Origin: a bacterium
GTDB lineage: Bacteria; Margulisbacteria; Marinamargulisbacteria; GCA-2716485; JAYNIM01
Direction of reading: 5' to 3'
Assembly: GCA_038109055.1 (NCBI GenBank)
Contig: JAYNIM010000001.1
Coordinates: 363,365 to 427,364 of the forward strand
DNA length: 64,000 bases
This document shows, one piece after another, positions 1 through 10,200 of this stretch. The translations under genes and the position numbers were made by a program. Below the pieces are notes generated by a model. The model searched no databases. It saw nothing but the letters and a program-made list of their open reading frames with translations, and had not been told where the DNA came from. Position 1 is the stretch's first letter; each line of letters opens with the position of its first letter.

Positions 1-1
1 G

Positions 2-1120
2 ACTAATTCACCACCTTGGATAAAAGTTGGTGATGCTTTATTACTAACTCAACCGTCTATGCATACTCGTTCATATTTAACTAAACTCTATCACTTTTTA
101 GAGACTTATACGCAAGCTTCTACACCTGAGGTCACTCAATTAGCTCAGATGGCCTATCAGTCCTTGTCTTTTTGGGATCTTGTTAAAGTAAAAGCTGAAT
201 TTTACTTTAATCAAAGTCAGCTTTTTTTACTTTGTTTGTGCTTGTATCTTTTACTTTTTATTATTGGTTTGATTTTGTTTGTTTATTCACTACCTAGTAT
301 TCAACCATTTTTACGTTATTGCCTTTATGGCACCTTCACACTGCATTCATTAGGTATACTCCTGCGTATGTTTATTCAAGGCCGGCCGCCTGTCACTAAT
401 TTGTATAGTTCAGTTATTTTTGTAGCCTTTATTTCTATCTTATTATTTCTTATATTAGAGAAAATTTTTAAGCATCCGTTTTTGTTTGCGTTATCCAATA
501 TTCTTGGTTTTAGCTCATTAATTCTTGCTCAACAACTCTCCTTGTCTGGTGATACTCTTGAACAGATGAGAGCTGTGCTAGATTCTAATTTCTGGCTTGC
601 TACTCATGTTGTTACGATGTGTATTGGATATGGAGCTATGTTTGTTTCGGGGTTTATTTCCAGCGTTGCTATTATGTTTGGTTTTTTTAGTAAAAAATTA
701 CGTAAACCTTTGCTTACTCAAATTTACCAAATGACTTATGGAATTCTTTGTGCAGCCTTATTATTTTCTGTTGTTGGCACCTTACTTGGTGGCATTTGGG
801 GGGATCAGTCTTGGGGTCGATTTTGGGGCTGGGATCCCAAAGAAAATGGTGCTTTTTTGATTGTCTTATGGTGTGGAATAATCTTGCATTCTAGATTGGC
901 CGGACTCATTAAACATAAGGGATTTTTTGCCTTATGTGCTCTTGGAAATATCGTAACAGCTTTTTCATGGTTTGGAGTTAATATGCTTGGAGTTGGGTTA
1001 CATTCATATGGTTTTATGAAGGGAGGTTTTGTTTGGTTGTTAGGTTTTTCTTTCGTTCAATTTTATATTGCTTGCTTGGGGATGCTACCAGATAAATTTT
1101 GGAAATCCTTTAGAACCTAA
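2..1120 (+). CDS. ccsA: Cytochrome c biogenesis protein CcsA (system II, probably the C-terminal part of a CcsBA-type protein); 5'-truncated by the window edge
   Basis: WWD motif WGDQSWGRFWGWDPKE, multiple TM helices, conserved His in WLATHV and GLHSY. The frame is open from base 2, upstream of the ATG at 59. Confidence 0.9.
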   Translation, partial: TNSPPWIKVGDALLLTQPSMHTRSYLTKLYHFLETYTQASTPEVTQLAQMAYQSLSFWDLVKVKAEFYFNQSQLFLLCLCLYLLLFIIGLILFVYSLPSIQPFLRYCLYGTFTLHSLGILLRMFIQGRPPVTNLYSSVIFVAFISILLFLILEKIFKHPFLFALSNILGFSSLILAQQLSLSGDTLEQMRAVLDSNFWLATHVVTMCIGYGAMFVSGFISSVAIMFGFFSKKLRKPLLTQIYQMTYGILCAALLFSVVGTLLGGIWGDQSWGRFWGWDPKENGAFLIVLWCGIILHSRLAGLIKHKGFFALCALGNIVTAFSWFGVNMLGVGLHSYGFMKGGFVWLLGFSFVQFYIACLGMLPDKFWKSFRT

Positions 1121-1122
1121 AT

Positions 1123-1362
1123 TTAGCGTATGTTTTCTTTTACAAACGAAGCCATTTTTTTTGTATTACTTACCGCTGTACTTACCCCACCAGTAATCAG
1201 ATTAGTGATTGCTTTTGATTGAAACTTTGCAGGATCTAACATACCCTGTGGTTTTACTTTTGCAATTTCGTTAATTATCCCTGTTGCTTTATCATTACTT
1301 TTGTTTATCATCATTTTTTTTATCGTTGGATTTCTTTTTATTCTTGCATTGATTTTTCTCAA
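1123..1362 (-). CDS. Possible small hypothetical protein
   Basis: 79-aa ORF with a TTG start (alternative ATG near 1314). K/N-rich like other minus-strand genes; no recognisable motif. Confidence 0.3.
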   Translation of the reverse strand: MRKINARIKRNPTIKKMMINKSNDKATGIINEIAKVKPQGMLDPAKFQSKAITNLITGGVSTAVSNTKKMASFVKENIR

Positions 1363-2007
1363 TCCATTCTATATTTTATATATCGATAAAATTTAATGTT
1401 TAGTTTTTTTTCTTTTAGTGTATTAATCTAATATGGCGGTGAAGGGGATCATGATTCATAAACGTAAGCTTAAGAATAAGCATGCTGTATCAAAAAAGCA
1501 GACTTTTTCTGATCATTTTCATTTTAATCTAACGCAGGGTATTAAAAAAAAGGAGAATCTTTTGCAATGTAAAAAGATAAAAATGTCAAAACAAATCCGT
1601 ACCAACACTGAAATCATGCTAAATTTGTTGTTTGGAGATTAATGCTATTACATTAATCTATCATGGTGACAGATTAATTTATTCTCTGTTCTACTCACAC
1701 TCAAAAGTACCCTTTGTAAGACACCCTTTTACATCAATACTCTCAGATAGATAACATTTACTTAGTGAAACTTACTTAATTGCCATTTTCAATATTGCAT
1801 ATAGAATTGCGGCTTACATGATATCTAAACAACGTGTTATCAACTGTTCCCTAAAAATCCTGCTCTTATTTGTTCTGTCAGTTATGGGGGCTTTTTGTCT
1901 TTTACTATCGTGATTAAATATTGATTGACACACTTTATTTCTACTCCATTTTAGCTGGTGGTTTGCTGTAAAAGTTATAGACACCTATAAAAGATTTAGA
2001 ATTTCAT

Positions 2008-2625
2008 TTATTTCTCTTTGTTTTGTTTCCTTATCCATTTTTTATGAGCCTCATCTAACAAACTCAACGCTTCTTCTTTATCTATATATCTGAAATAAAT
2101 CATTTCTCCTGGCTTTTTATATGATGAAAACCATTTTTTTAAGATTTCTACAACTGAAGGTCTTTCGTAAAGCAAATCATTAATTGATTGTATATCTTTA
2201 AAAGTGCCAGTTGGAGATACGCCGATAAACTTATAATCTACATCTTTTTTATCTTCAAAAAGAATAGCGCCTATTACCTTTATCTTTTTAAATTTACCTC
2301 TAGGAAAAAATTCTTCTAAATCTATTAAATCAATAGGGTCCCCATCTCCAGATAAAGTTTGAGGTACAAAACCATAATTACCAGGGTAAGCTAAAAAATT
2401 AATTATTCTATCTTTACCATTTTTCTGATCCTTTTCTAAAAGACCAGTTTTTTTATTTATTTCCCATTTCTCTTTTGTTCCGGCAGAGATTTCAACGTAA
2501 AAGTTGTGTAGATTGTTCGCATTCTTAAAGGAAATATCATCTATAGGGTTTGCAGCAAAAAAACTACTTTTAAAAATGATTATATATATAAAAATATTTC
2601 TTAGAATTTGTTTACTCCCACTCAA
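2008..2625 (-). CDS. ppa: Family I inorganic pyrophosphatase with a hydrophobic N-terminal leader
   Basis: VEI..G...KWE, YPGNYGFVPQT, DGDPID and D....DYK motifs. Confidence 0.85.
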   Translation of the reverse strand: MSGSKQILRNIFIYIIIFKSSFFAANPIDDISFKNANNLHNFYVEISAGTKEKWEINKKTGLLEKDQKNGKDRIINFLAYPGNYGFVPQTLSGDGDPIDLIDLEEFFPRGKFKKIKVIGAILFEDKKDVDYKFIGVSPTGTFKDIQSINDLLYERPSVVEILKKWFSSYKKPGEMIYFRYIDKEEALSLLDEAHKKWIRKQNKEK

Positions 2626-4147
2626 TTGTTGCGGGTGGTTTAGAGGTTATGTCGTAGACAACACGATTTATTTCTTTAATTTCGTTTGTGATTCTGGATG
2701 ATATTGCTTCTAATACCTCATAGGGTAACCGCACCCAGTTGGCTGTCATTGCATCTTCTGATTTAACGACTCTTAGGCAAATTGTATTTTCATAGCTTCT
2801 ATTATCACCTTGAACACCCACCGTTTTTATAGGCAAAAAAACAGCAAATGCTTGCCAAATATCATTATATAAATCAGCTTTTTTAATTTCTTCCATTACA
2901 ATCGCATCTGCTTCTTGTAATGTTTTAATCCTTTCCTTTGTTACCTCTCCTATTATTCTAATTGCCAATCCAGGGCCAGGAAAGGGATGCCTATTGACTA
3001 TTTCTAAGGGAACATCCATTTCTTTTGCAACACGTCTTACTTCATCTTTGAATAAAAAACGTAATGGCTCGATAATTTTAAAATCAATATCCTCCGGTAA
3101 GCCGCCTACATTATGATGTGATTTTATTGTTACTGCTGTTTTAGAGACATCCCCAATTGCAGATTCAATGACATCAGGATATAAAGTTCCTTGGGCAAGA
3201 AACTTGATGTCTCCTTTTAATTTCTTTGATTCTTCTTCAAATACGCGGATAAATTCTTCGCCTATACATTTTCTTTTCTTCTCTGGATCTGTGATTCCTT
3301 TTAATTTTTTATAAAAGCGATCTTGTGCATCTACGTATATGAGGTTCATGTTGTATTCTTTTTCAAAGATCTGTTTAATATTTTTTCCTTCATCTTTACG
3401 CATTAGTCCATGATCGATAAACATACATGTTAAGTTTTTAGAAATTGCTTTGTGTAATAATACCGCTACTACGGTTGAATCTATTCCTCCAGATAAGGCA
3501 CATAACACTTGTTCATCTTCAACCTTATTTTTAATTTCTTTTAGCGTTTTATCGATAAAGGTATCTGCGTACCAATTTGGCTCCATTTCACATATATTAA
3601 ACATGAAATTCCTAATGAGTTCTTGCCCTCTTTGTGTGTGAGAAACTTCTGGATGAAACTGTAATCCATAATATTTCTTCTCACTATTTCCTATGGCGGC
3701 TACTTTGCATGATTGTGTATGTGCTAATACTTTAAAACCTGGTGGTGGTACCTCTACCGTATCCCCATGAGACATCCAAGATGACATCTCTAACCATAAC
3801 CCTTCAAATAAATCAAAATTATTATCTATAAATAAGTTAGCCGCCCCATACTCTCTTTGGTTTGATGTTTTCACTGTACCACCTAACATCTCTGTCATTA
3901 ATTGCATACCATAGCAAATACCTAGTACAGGGACCCCCATGTGCATGATTTCTTTATCTATTTTTGGGGCATCCTTATCTGATAGTGAATACGGGCCTCC
4001 AGATAAAATAAGGCCCTTTATTTTTTTTTCTTTGAGTTCTTTGATTGTAATTGTATGAGGATAAACCTCACAATAAACTTGATTTTCTCTTACCTTTCTT
4101 GCAATGAGTTTTGAATATTGAGAACCAAAATCAATGATTGCAATCAT
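2612..4147 (-). CDS. guaA: GMP synthase (glutamine-hydrolysing)
   Basis: DFGSQY, GICYGMQ, QFHPEV, SGGIDS, IKSHHNVGGLP and C-terminal KPPATIEWE. Confidence 0.98.
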   Translation of the reverse strand: MIAIIDFGSQYSKLIARKVRENQVYCEVYPHTITIKELKEKKIKGLILSGGPYSLSDKDAPKIDKEIMHMGVPVLGICYGMQLMTEMLGGTVKTSNQREYGAANLFIDNNFDLFEGLWLEMSSWMSHGDTVEVPPPGFKVLAHTQSCKVAAIGNSEKKYYGLQFHPEVSHTQRGQELIRNFMFNICEMEPNWYADTFIDKTLKEIKNKVEDEQVLCALSGGIDSTVVAVLLHKAISKNLTCMFIDHGLMRKDEGKNIKQIFEKEYNMNLIYVDAQDRFYKKLKGITDPEKKRKCIGEEFIRVFEEESKKLKGDIKFLAQGTLYPDVIESAIGDVSKTAVTIKSHHNVGGLPEDIDFKIIEPLRFLFKDEVRRVAKEMDVPLEIVNRHPFPGPGLAIRIIGEVTKERIKTLQEADAIVMEEIKKADLYNDIWQAFAVFLPIKTVGVQGDNRSYENTICLRVVKSEDAMTANWVRLPYEVLEAISSRITNEIKEINRVVYDITSKPPATIEWE

Positions 4148-5301
4148 TTTTTCTTCATTCCAACATGCTGTAAATCTTGGTATATCTTTCCTTCTGTTTG
4201 TAGTGCAGGTGCAACAATCACATCAACTTTTTGAAGTTCTTTGATGTTTTTTACACCCAATGTTGCACAGCAGGTCACTAAAGCCTCATAAAAGTTTTGT
4301 GAACCATCGTCACTGTTTGATGGGCCTAATAAAATTTGTTTTAAGGTGGCTACTTGTCCTACTGCAATCCTAGCTCCTCGTGGTAGTAACGCGTTTGGTG
4401 TTGCCATACCCCAATGAAATCCCTTTCCAGGGGCTTCTTTTGATCTTGCTATAGGTGATCCGATCATAACAGCATCAGCTCCACAGGCAATTGATTTGCA
4501 TATATCTCCCGAATTCACAATCCCCCCGTCTGCAACTATAGGGACATAAACCCCTGTCTGACTGAAATAGTCATCTCTCGCAGCAGCGGTTTTTGCAATG
4601 GCGGTTGCCATAGGAACGCCAATCCCTAAAACACCTCGCGTTGTACACGCTGCTCCAGGGCCAATGCCTATGAATAATGCCTGTATCCCTTTCTTCATCA
4701 AGTCTAAGGCTACATCGTATGTAGTCGCATTTCCAACAAAAACAGGTATTTTCATGGCTTTACAAAAGCTACCTAAATTTAGCTTACTATTCTCTTTATT
4801 GGTTTCAAAGTTTGCGGCCACAACTGTTGATTGAACTAAAAAAGCATCAGCGCCTGCTTCTTGCGCAATAAAACCCAGTTTTTCTGCTTGTTGTGGCGTT
4901 GCAGATACGACAGCAATCCCCTTCTTTTTCTTTATATCTTTAATTCTTTTTGATATCAATGATTCTTGTATGGGGGCTTTATATATCGCTTGCATCTCTT
5001 GCACGTAGTCTGCTTTATCTACTGTTGCAATTTTCTTAAGTATGGGTTTAGGATCTTCATATCGAGTTTGAATCCCTTCTAAGTTTAATATTCCCATGGC
5101 GCCTAACTCGGAAAGTTCAACTGCTGTATCCACATCCACAACAGAGTCCATAGCTGAAGCAATAATAGGCATTTTCAAATTGATATTCCCTAATCTTGTT
5201 GAAATATCTACTAAGCTTGTGTCCACAGTAATATTCGTGGGCACTAGAGCTACTTCATTTAGACCATAGGCTTTTTCAAATTTCTTTTCAGCTTCACTCA
5301 A
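4144..5301 (-). CDS. guaB: GuaB3-type IMP dehydrogenase (no CBS domains)
   Basis: ASAMDSV, LNLEGIQTRY, GIGPGAACTTRGVLGIGVP, IVADGG, HWGMATP..LPRG; adjacent to guaA. Confidence 0.92.
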   Translation of the reverse strand: MSEAEKKFEKAYGLNEVALVPTNITVDTSLVDISTRLGNINLKMPIIASAMDSVVDVDTAVELSELGAMGILNLEGIQTRYEDPKPILKKIATVDKADYVQEMQAIYKAPIQESLISKRIKDIKKKKGIAVVSATPQQAEKLGFIAQEAGADAFLVQSTVVAANFETNKENSKLNLGSFCKAMKIPVFVGNATTYDVALDLMKKGIQALFIGIGPGAACTTRGVLGIGVPMATAIAKTAAARDDYFSQTGVYVPIVADGGIVNSGDICKSIACGADAVMIGSPIARSKEAPGKGFHWGMATPNALLPRGARIAVGQVATLKQILLGPSNSDDGSQNFYEALVTCCATLGVKNIKELQKVDVIVAPALQTEGKIYQDLQHVGMKKK

Positions 5302-5424
5302 TGTTTTACTCCGTTTAAAAGGTAATTAAATATGTATAGCAGCTATCTTTAATCATGTCAATTTTAAACCTCAATTTTTCCTTGTTATCTTTTATTTTTT
5401 TTATCCAACATTTTGTTATTTATC

Positions 5425-5453
5425 TTGATTGATCCTTGTTTTATACGTATAAT
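5425..5453 (+). promoter_or_regulatory. Sigma70-type promoter for the DUF502-grxD operon
   Basis: TTGATT-N17-TATAAT ending 15 nt before the ATG at 5469. Confidence 0.6.
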
Positions 5454-5468
5454 TCTTTGACTTATATT

Positions 5469-6089
5469 ATGTTTTCACAACTTAGTCGTAAAATACGCAC
5501 ATGGTTTATTTATGGAGTGATCATTGTCTTGCCAGTGGCAGTAACTGTCTGGTTGGTTTTGGCGCTTATAAATGTCTTATCAGTGCCGCTAAATCTCTTA
5601 TTAGGAGAACGCCTACCGAGTATTCTTTATTTTTTAATTACGCTTGTCATCATTACGATCATTGGCCTTTTTGGTCGTAATATCATTGGCAGAACTCTCT
5701 TTAAGCCTATTGAAGCTTTAGTTAACCGCATTCCTTTGATCAACGTTATTTATAAATCCAGTAAACAAATTATTAGCTCCTTTGCCATGCAAGATAACGC
5801 TCAATTAAAACCTGTTTTAATTGAATATCCTAGAAAGGGCTTATGGGCGATAGGTTTTTTAACTCAAACGGCTGTTGCAGGCATTATCACTAAGTCAGGT
5901 GCAGACTTTGGTTCTGATAAAGTTGCGGTACTTATTCCTACTACCCCAAACCCTACATCTGGTTTTTTTGTCTATGTACCTAAGACTGATATTCAAGAAC
6001 TTGATATCAGTATAGAAGACAGTGTACGAGTATTAATGTCTGCTGGAGTGGTTAATCCGGCCAAACTTAAAACAAAGGAGATTAAATAA
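5469..6089 (+). CDS. DUF502 (COV1-like) membrane protein
   Basis: Two N-terminal TMs, IP.I..IY...KQI, VLIEYPRKG.W.IGF, PTTPNPTSGF. ATG 5469 is preferred over TTG 5436, which lies inside the promoter. Confidence 0.9.
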   Translation: MFSQLSRKIRTWFIYGVIIVLPVAVTVWLVLALINVLSVPLNLLLGERLPSILYFLITLVIITIIGLFGRNIIGRTLFKPIEALVNRIPLINVIYKSSKQIISSFAMQDNAQLKPVLIEYPRKGLWAIGFLTQTAVAGIITKSGADFGSDKVAVLIPTTPNPTSGFFVYVPKTDIQELDISIEDSVRVLMSAGVVNPAKLKTKEIK

Positions 6090-6091
6090 CT

Positions 6092-6409
6092 ATGACTGAA
6101 TTAGAAACCTGTTTATCGTCGATTGCGACTGATGTTAAGACACATAAAATTGTCCTTTTTATGAAAGGCGAAAAACATGCACCTCAATGTGGTTTTTCAG
6201 CCCAAGTTGTTCAAATCTTACATGCCTTAGAAGTCGATTTTGAGACTAGAAATGTATTGAGTGATGAGATACTTAGGGAAGCCATTAAACAATTCTCTGA
6301 CTGGCCCACCATTCCTCAATTATATGTCAATGCTGAGTTTATTGGAGGCTGCGATATAGTGACTGAACAGTACCAAAATGGTGAACTGGAAACACTTGTA
6401 AAGTCTTAA
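6092..6409 (+). CDS. grxD: Monothiol glutaredoxin Grx4
   Basis: LFMKG...PQCGFS, WPTIPQLY, FIGGCDI. Confidence 0.95.
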   Translation: MTELETCLSSIATDVKTHKIVLFMKGEKHAPQCGFSAQVVQILHALEVDFETRNVLSDEILREAIKQFSDWPTIPQLYVNAEFIGGCDIVTEQYQNGELETLVKS

Positions 6410-6536
6410 TTTATCCCATTTTTATTAGCGTTTATAGTTATATTTTGTACAGTTCTTTTAAAAGACAGTTACAAATATTTCACTTATTATTATTTGATGA
6501 TAAAAGATTGCCTGACTCTGAATCTAAATAAAGTGA

Positions 6537-7118
6537 TTATTTAGACTCTGTTTCTTCTTTTCTCTTAGACGTATTTTCCGAACTACCTTTAATTAATTTA
6601 ACTAAAAAAATAGTTAATGCTACCAAGAAAATAAGTACGGCTGTCGCACTTAGCCCGGCAAATACGTTTTTGGCATATACTGTAAAAACAATTAATATTA
6701 GTAATAAACCCGGTACTTCATTAAATATCCGAAGCATAATACCTGACATACTATGTGCTGTTTTTATTTTTTGACGATACATTTGGCTGTAAAGTGTATA
6801 TAGAATCAATAAAATAACAAAGAGCATCTTTGTATGAAACCACCCTTGAGTGTAGGCCTGTATTCGTAACATAATTGTAACTCCAGCAAAGGTTGTTATA
6901 AATAACGAGGGCCAAATAATAATATAAAAGCTTTTGGATATTGCAGCTCTGGACAGTGTTTGAATAGCCTCTTTTTGGCTTTGTTCTTTTGTTTCTGCTT
7001 GTTGATCATATATAAACATTCGACCTACAAAAAACAAACCAGCAATCCAAAACGTCATAAAGACTACATGAATTGGGTATAAGTATTGTATAGGGATATG
7101 CGCTATTAAATCTATCAC
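6537..7118 (-). CDS. hemJ: Protoporphyrinogen oxidase HemJ (UPF0093/CopD-like)
   Basis: H.....W.AGLF...R.F.Y, W.H.K and R.FNEVP motifs; 4-5 TMs. Confidence 0.8.
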   Translation of the reverse strand: MIDLIAHIPIQYLYPIHVVFMTFWIAGLFFVGRMFIYDQQAETKEQSQKEAIQTLSRAAISKSFYIIIWPSLFITTFAGVTIMLRIQAYTQGWFHTKMLFVILLILYTLYSQMYRQKIKTAHSMSGIMLRIFNEVPGLLLILIVFTVYAKNVFAGLSATAVLIFLVALTIFLVKLIKGSSENTSKRKEETESK

Positions 7119-7294
7119 TCTATTAGTTTAACATAGCTTTGTTTCTTCTGCAGTTTTTTTTTATTAGAGATGATTTAGCGTTACTCCTTTAGCTCTTCTT
7201 TTGTTTCACCCCCTACTTTAGGGACCAATAATGTTTATCATAGGCTATTTTTTGTCTCTTTTTTCAAGATTTTTGGCCTCGATTTTTCATCTGA

Positions 7295-10200
7295 TTAGTG
7301 TACTGCTACTACTCTTGTTGTTGGCATTTTTCCTAATGTTTGGGTTTGTACTTTTAAGGCTGCTCTACTGCTGGCTATTCGTCTCTTCATAGCAGCTACA
7401 TCATTGCTTATTCCTTTAGTTATTTGCTCCGCTGTGTAAGCTCCTGTCGTTTGTGTATCGGCTGCTCGTCTTTGCTTACTCTGTGTTGCTATTTCTTGTA
7501 ATTTTCTTTCTACCTCTCTGATTGTTGGTCTATCACCGGGTTCCTTTGACATACAAACTTTAGCTAGTTCATAAAGCTTTCTCTCAGATGGTGTATTGGG
7601 TGTATAATTCTGGAATCCTACAAACTTTTCTCCGTTTTGTATCTTTTGAAGATATTCTTTAGCTGTTGTTTCATTAGTTGTTCCCTTATAATAAGGGTTT
7701 TTACCGGGATTTAGCATTTCCCAAATGATCACCCCAAAACTATATACATCGCTCTTTGCACCCGTTTTTTTCATTGGATCCAATGCCTCTTCAGCTGCAT
7801 ATTGATAGGTCGTTTCACATGCTTCATTTACACACTCTTCACCCTTAAACGCACTAGCAACACTTTTCGCTGCTCCCCAATCTGCTAGCCTTGCTTTATC
7901 ATCTTTAACCAGTATATTTCCAGGTTTAAGGTCTCTATGTTGATCCCCGCTTGCATGTACATTTGCTAATTGCTCTGCGACTTGCTTTAAGTAATTAATT
8001 TTTATATCTATTGGATATAATCTTTGATTTTGGTTATGCAATACCCCCCATAAATCACTATCCATTTTCTCCATCATTATACAGACCCATTGTGGATTAG
8101 TAGCTCTATCTACGTAATACCCCTTAAACATCCCCCCTCCATACTTTACTAGGTACTCAATTTCTTTTTTAGCTTCTTCATATTCACTTGCCCTACTGAG
8201 TTTGAGTGTTTTTACTGCATAGGTCTGTCCTTTATAGGATGCACTATATACGGTCCCATAGCTTCCATGACCTATTTTTTCTTTTATCTCTACTCCTATA
8301 TTCCGTGACATTTTTTTTATTTGTTGTTCCTCTGCGATTCTTTGTCCTTCTTTTTTTCTTTTTTCTTCTTTCTTTTTAATTTCTATTTCCTGCCATTTAC
8401 TTAGAATTGATGCATGTAATTCTCGCATTTTGTGTTTTGTCACGTGATCACCCTTTGAGCTTATCTGACTTGATATTCCTTTAAACGTTTCAATTACAGT
8501 ACCCAATAGTTCTGGATGGTTTAAACATTCTGTCAGCTCTTTAATTATCTGTTGATAGGCTTCTTGTTCTGCCCTATTTTTTTCCTTTTGCGCTTTAGCT
8601 TCTGCTTCAACTATCGCTTTAGTTTTATCTTCTTCACTTTGTCTTACTTTTAGCTTTAATGTTTGTTTTAGTTCCTTTATTTCTTCTATAAATTCGTTAC
8701 AGCCCATATTTTCTGCATACTTATTTATGTATTCAATGACTCTATTTATTACCTCTTCCCATCTATCTAAATGATCTTTTAATATTTCTATGTTCTCTCT
8801 ACATTTCTGTATTTGATTTTTTATCTCCCTTTTAGCCCCTTTGGCTATTTGCTCTAATTCGAGTTCAATATCGGCTTCACTTGGCCTTTTAACAGGATTA
8901 TCATCTTTACATTTACGGCCCAAGGCCATGAGTTTATTTGATGCTTCTGTATTACCCAAACCAATTGTTAACTGTTCTAACATACATCCATATGAATAGG
9001 TATCTAATTTCGTTGCAGTTGCTGCTTCTATCCTATTCTCTTTAACTTCTTTCGCTTGATACTTTTCTGTATAATTAAATGTTGGGCATCTAAAAGATGG
9101 GCTATGAAAGCATTTACTCACTTCTTTTGCTGTATCCCAATCTACAAGTTTTGCTTCTTTGTTTGGAGCTAAAAGAACATTATCGATCTTTACATCTCCA
9201 TGTACAAACTTTGCATCATGAGCTGCTTTTAATTGTTTGTTTACAGCCTTAGCTACGGCTATTCTATTAAACGTTTCTTGTCCCTTTATTGCACTGCAGA
9301 GATCTGTGCCATACTTCTGCATCATAAGATATAGCTTTCCATCTTTTTCGAAAGTCCCTAAAAAGTCGCTACCTAAAAATCTTTGAGTGTTATTTACACA
9401 CTCCTCATTATCTTGCCTTGTATGTTTCTTTAGTTCTTTTACGGCAATAGTTTGTCCGTTATCTGTTGCTTCATAAACTGTGCCAAATCCCCCTCTTCCT
9501 AATTGTTTTTCAAAATGTATGACTACTGCATTCTTCCTTCTTAGTTTTGTTTGTTCTTTTGTTTTAATTTGCTCTTCTAGCTCTTTGTATGTTTTTCTTA
9601 CATCACTATCTTCATGTGTATGATATCCATTCTTTTTTAAATGCTCATACTCTGTCTTTACAAACTCTAAACGTTCAGGATCTTCTAATTGCCTTTGCAG
9701 TGTTTTTATATATTCAACTTCTTCGGTTTTTAGTTGTTTTTTTTCTCTCTCTACATCTTCTATTTCTTTAATTCCCTGCTCTATCTTTTCTATTTCTCTG
9801 AGTTGAGTTGTATAGGCTGACACTAATTTAAATACCTCTTTTAGCTGCGCACAGTCCTGTTTAACCGTCTCTAAGTTACTTGGATCTTGTATAGCGCTTC
9901 TCAGTTGTTCTAAATAAGTATTATAGTCTGTGCTTAATTGTTGTTCTTCTTTTTTTATATACTGATCTAATTCCGCTTTATCTTTAAATTTGGCATGCAC
10001 CCCTTTAAGCCTCGTTATCAAGGCTCCTCTTTCGTTTAAATCTGCTATTCTAGTTGACTTCTTTTTAACATTTATTTCCGCTTTAGTACCTTTTACCAAC
10101 TTCTTAGTTAGACATTCTAATCTTTTTATTCGTTCTTGTTTTGTTTCTATTTTTTCTTTTTCTGGTGCTGGTACTTGCACTGCTTTTTTGGCGTCTCTTG

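Noticed and set aside
1433..1642. 69-aa + strand ORF, and its 5' TGGCGGTGAAGGGGAT resembling the reverse complement of a tRNA 3' end (possible att remnant)
   Set aside because: No protein motif; the tRNA-like match is short, lacks the TTCGA T-loop, and no integrase is present.
1700..1990. TAAGACACC / TATAGACACC motifs reminiscent of IS3-family ends
   Set aside because: Same orientation, too short, and no transposase remnant recognised.
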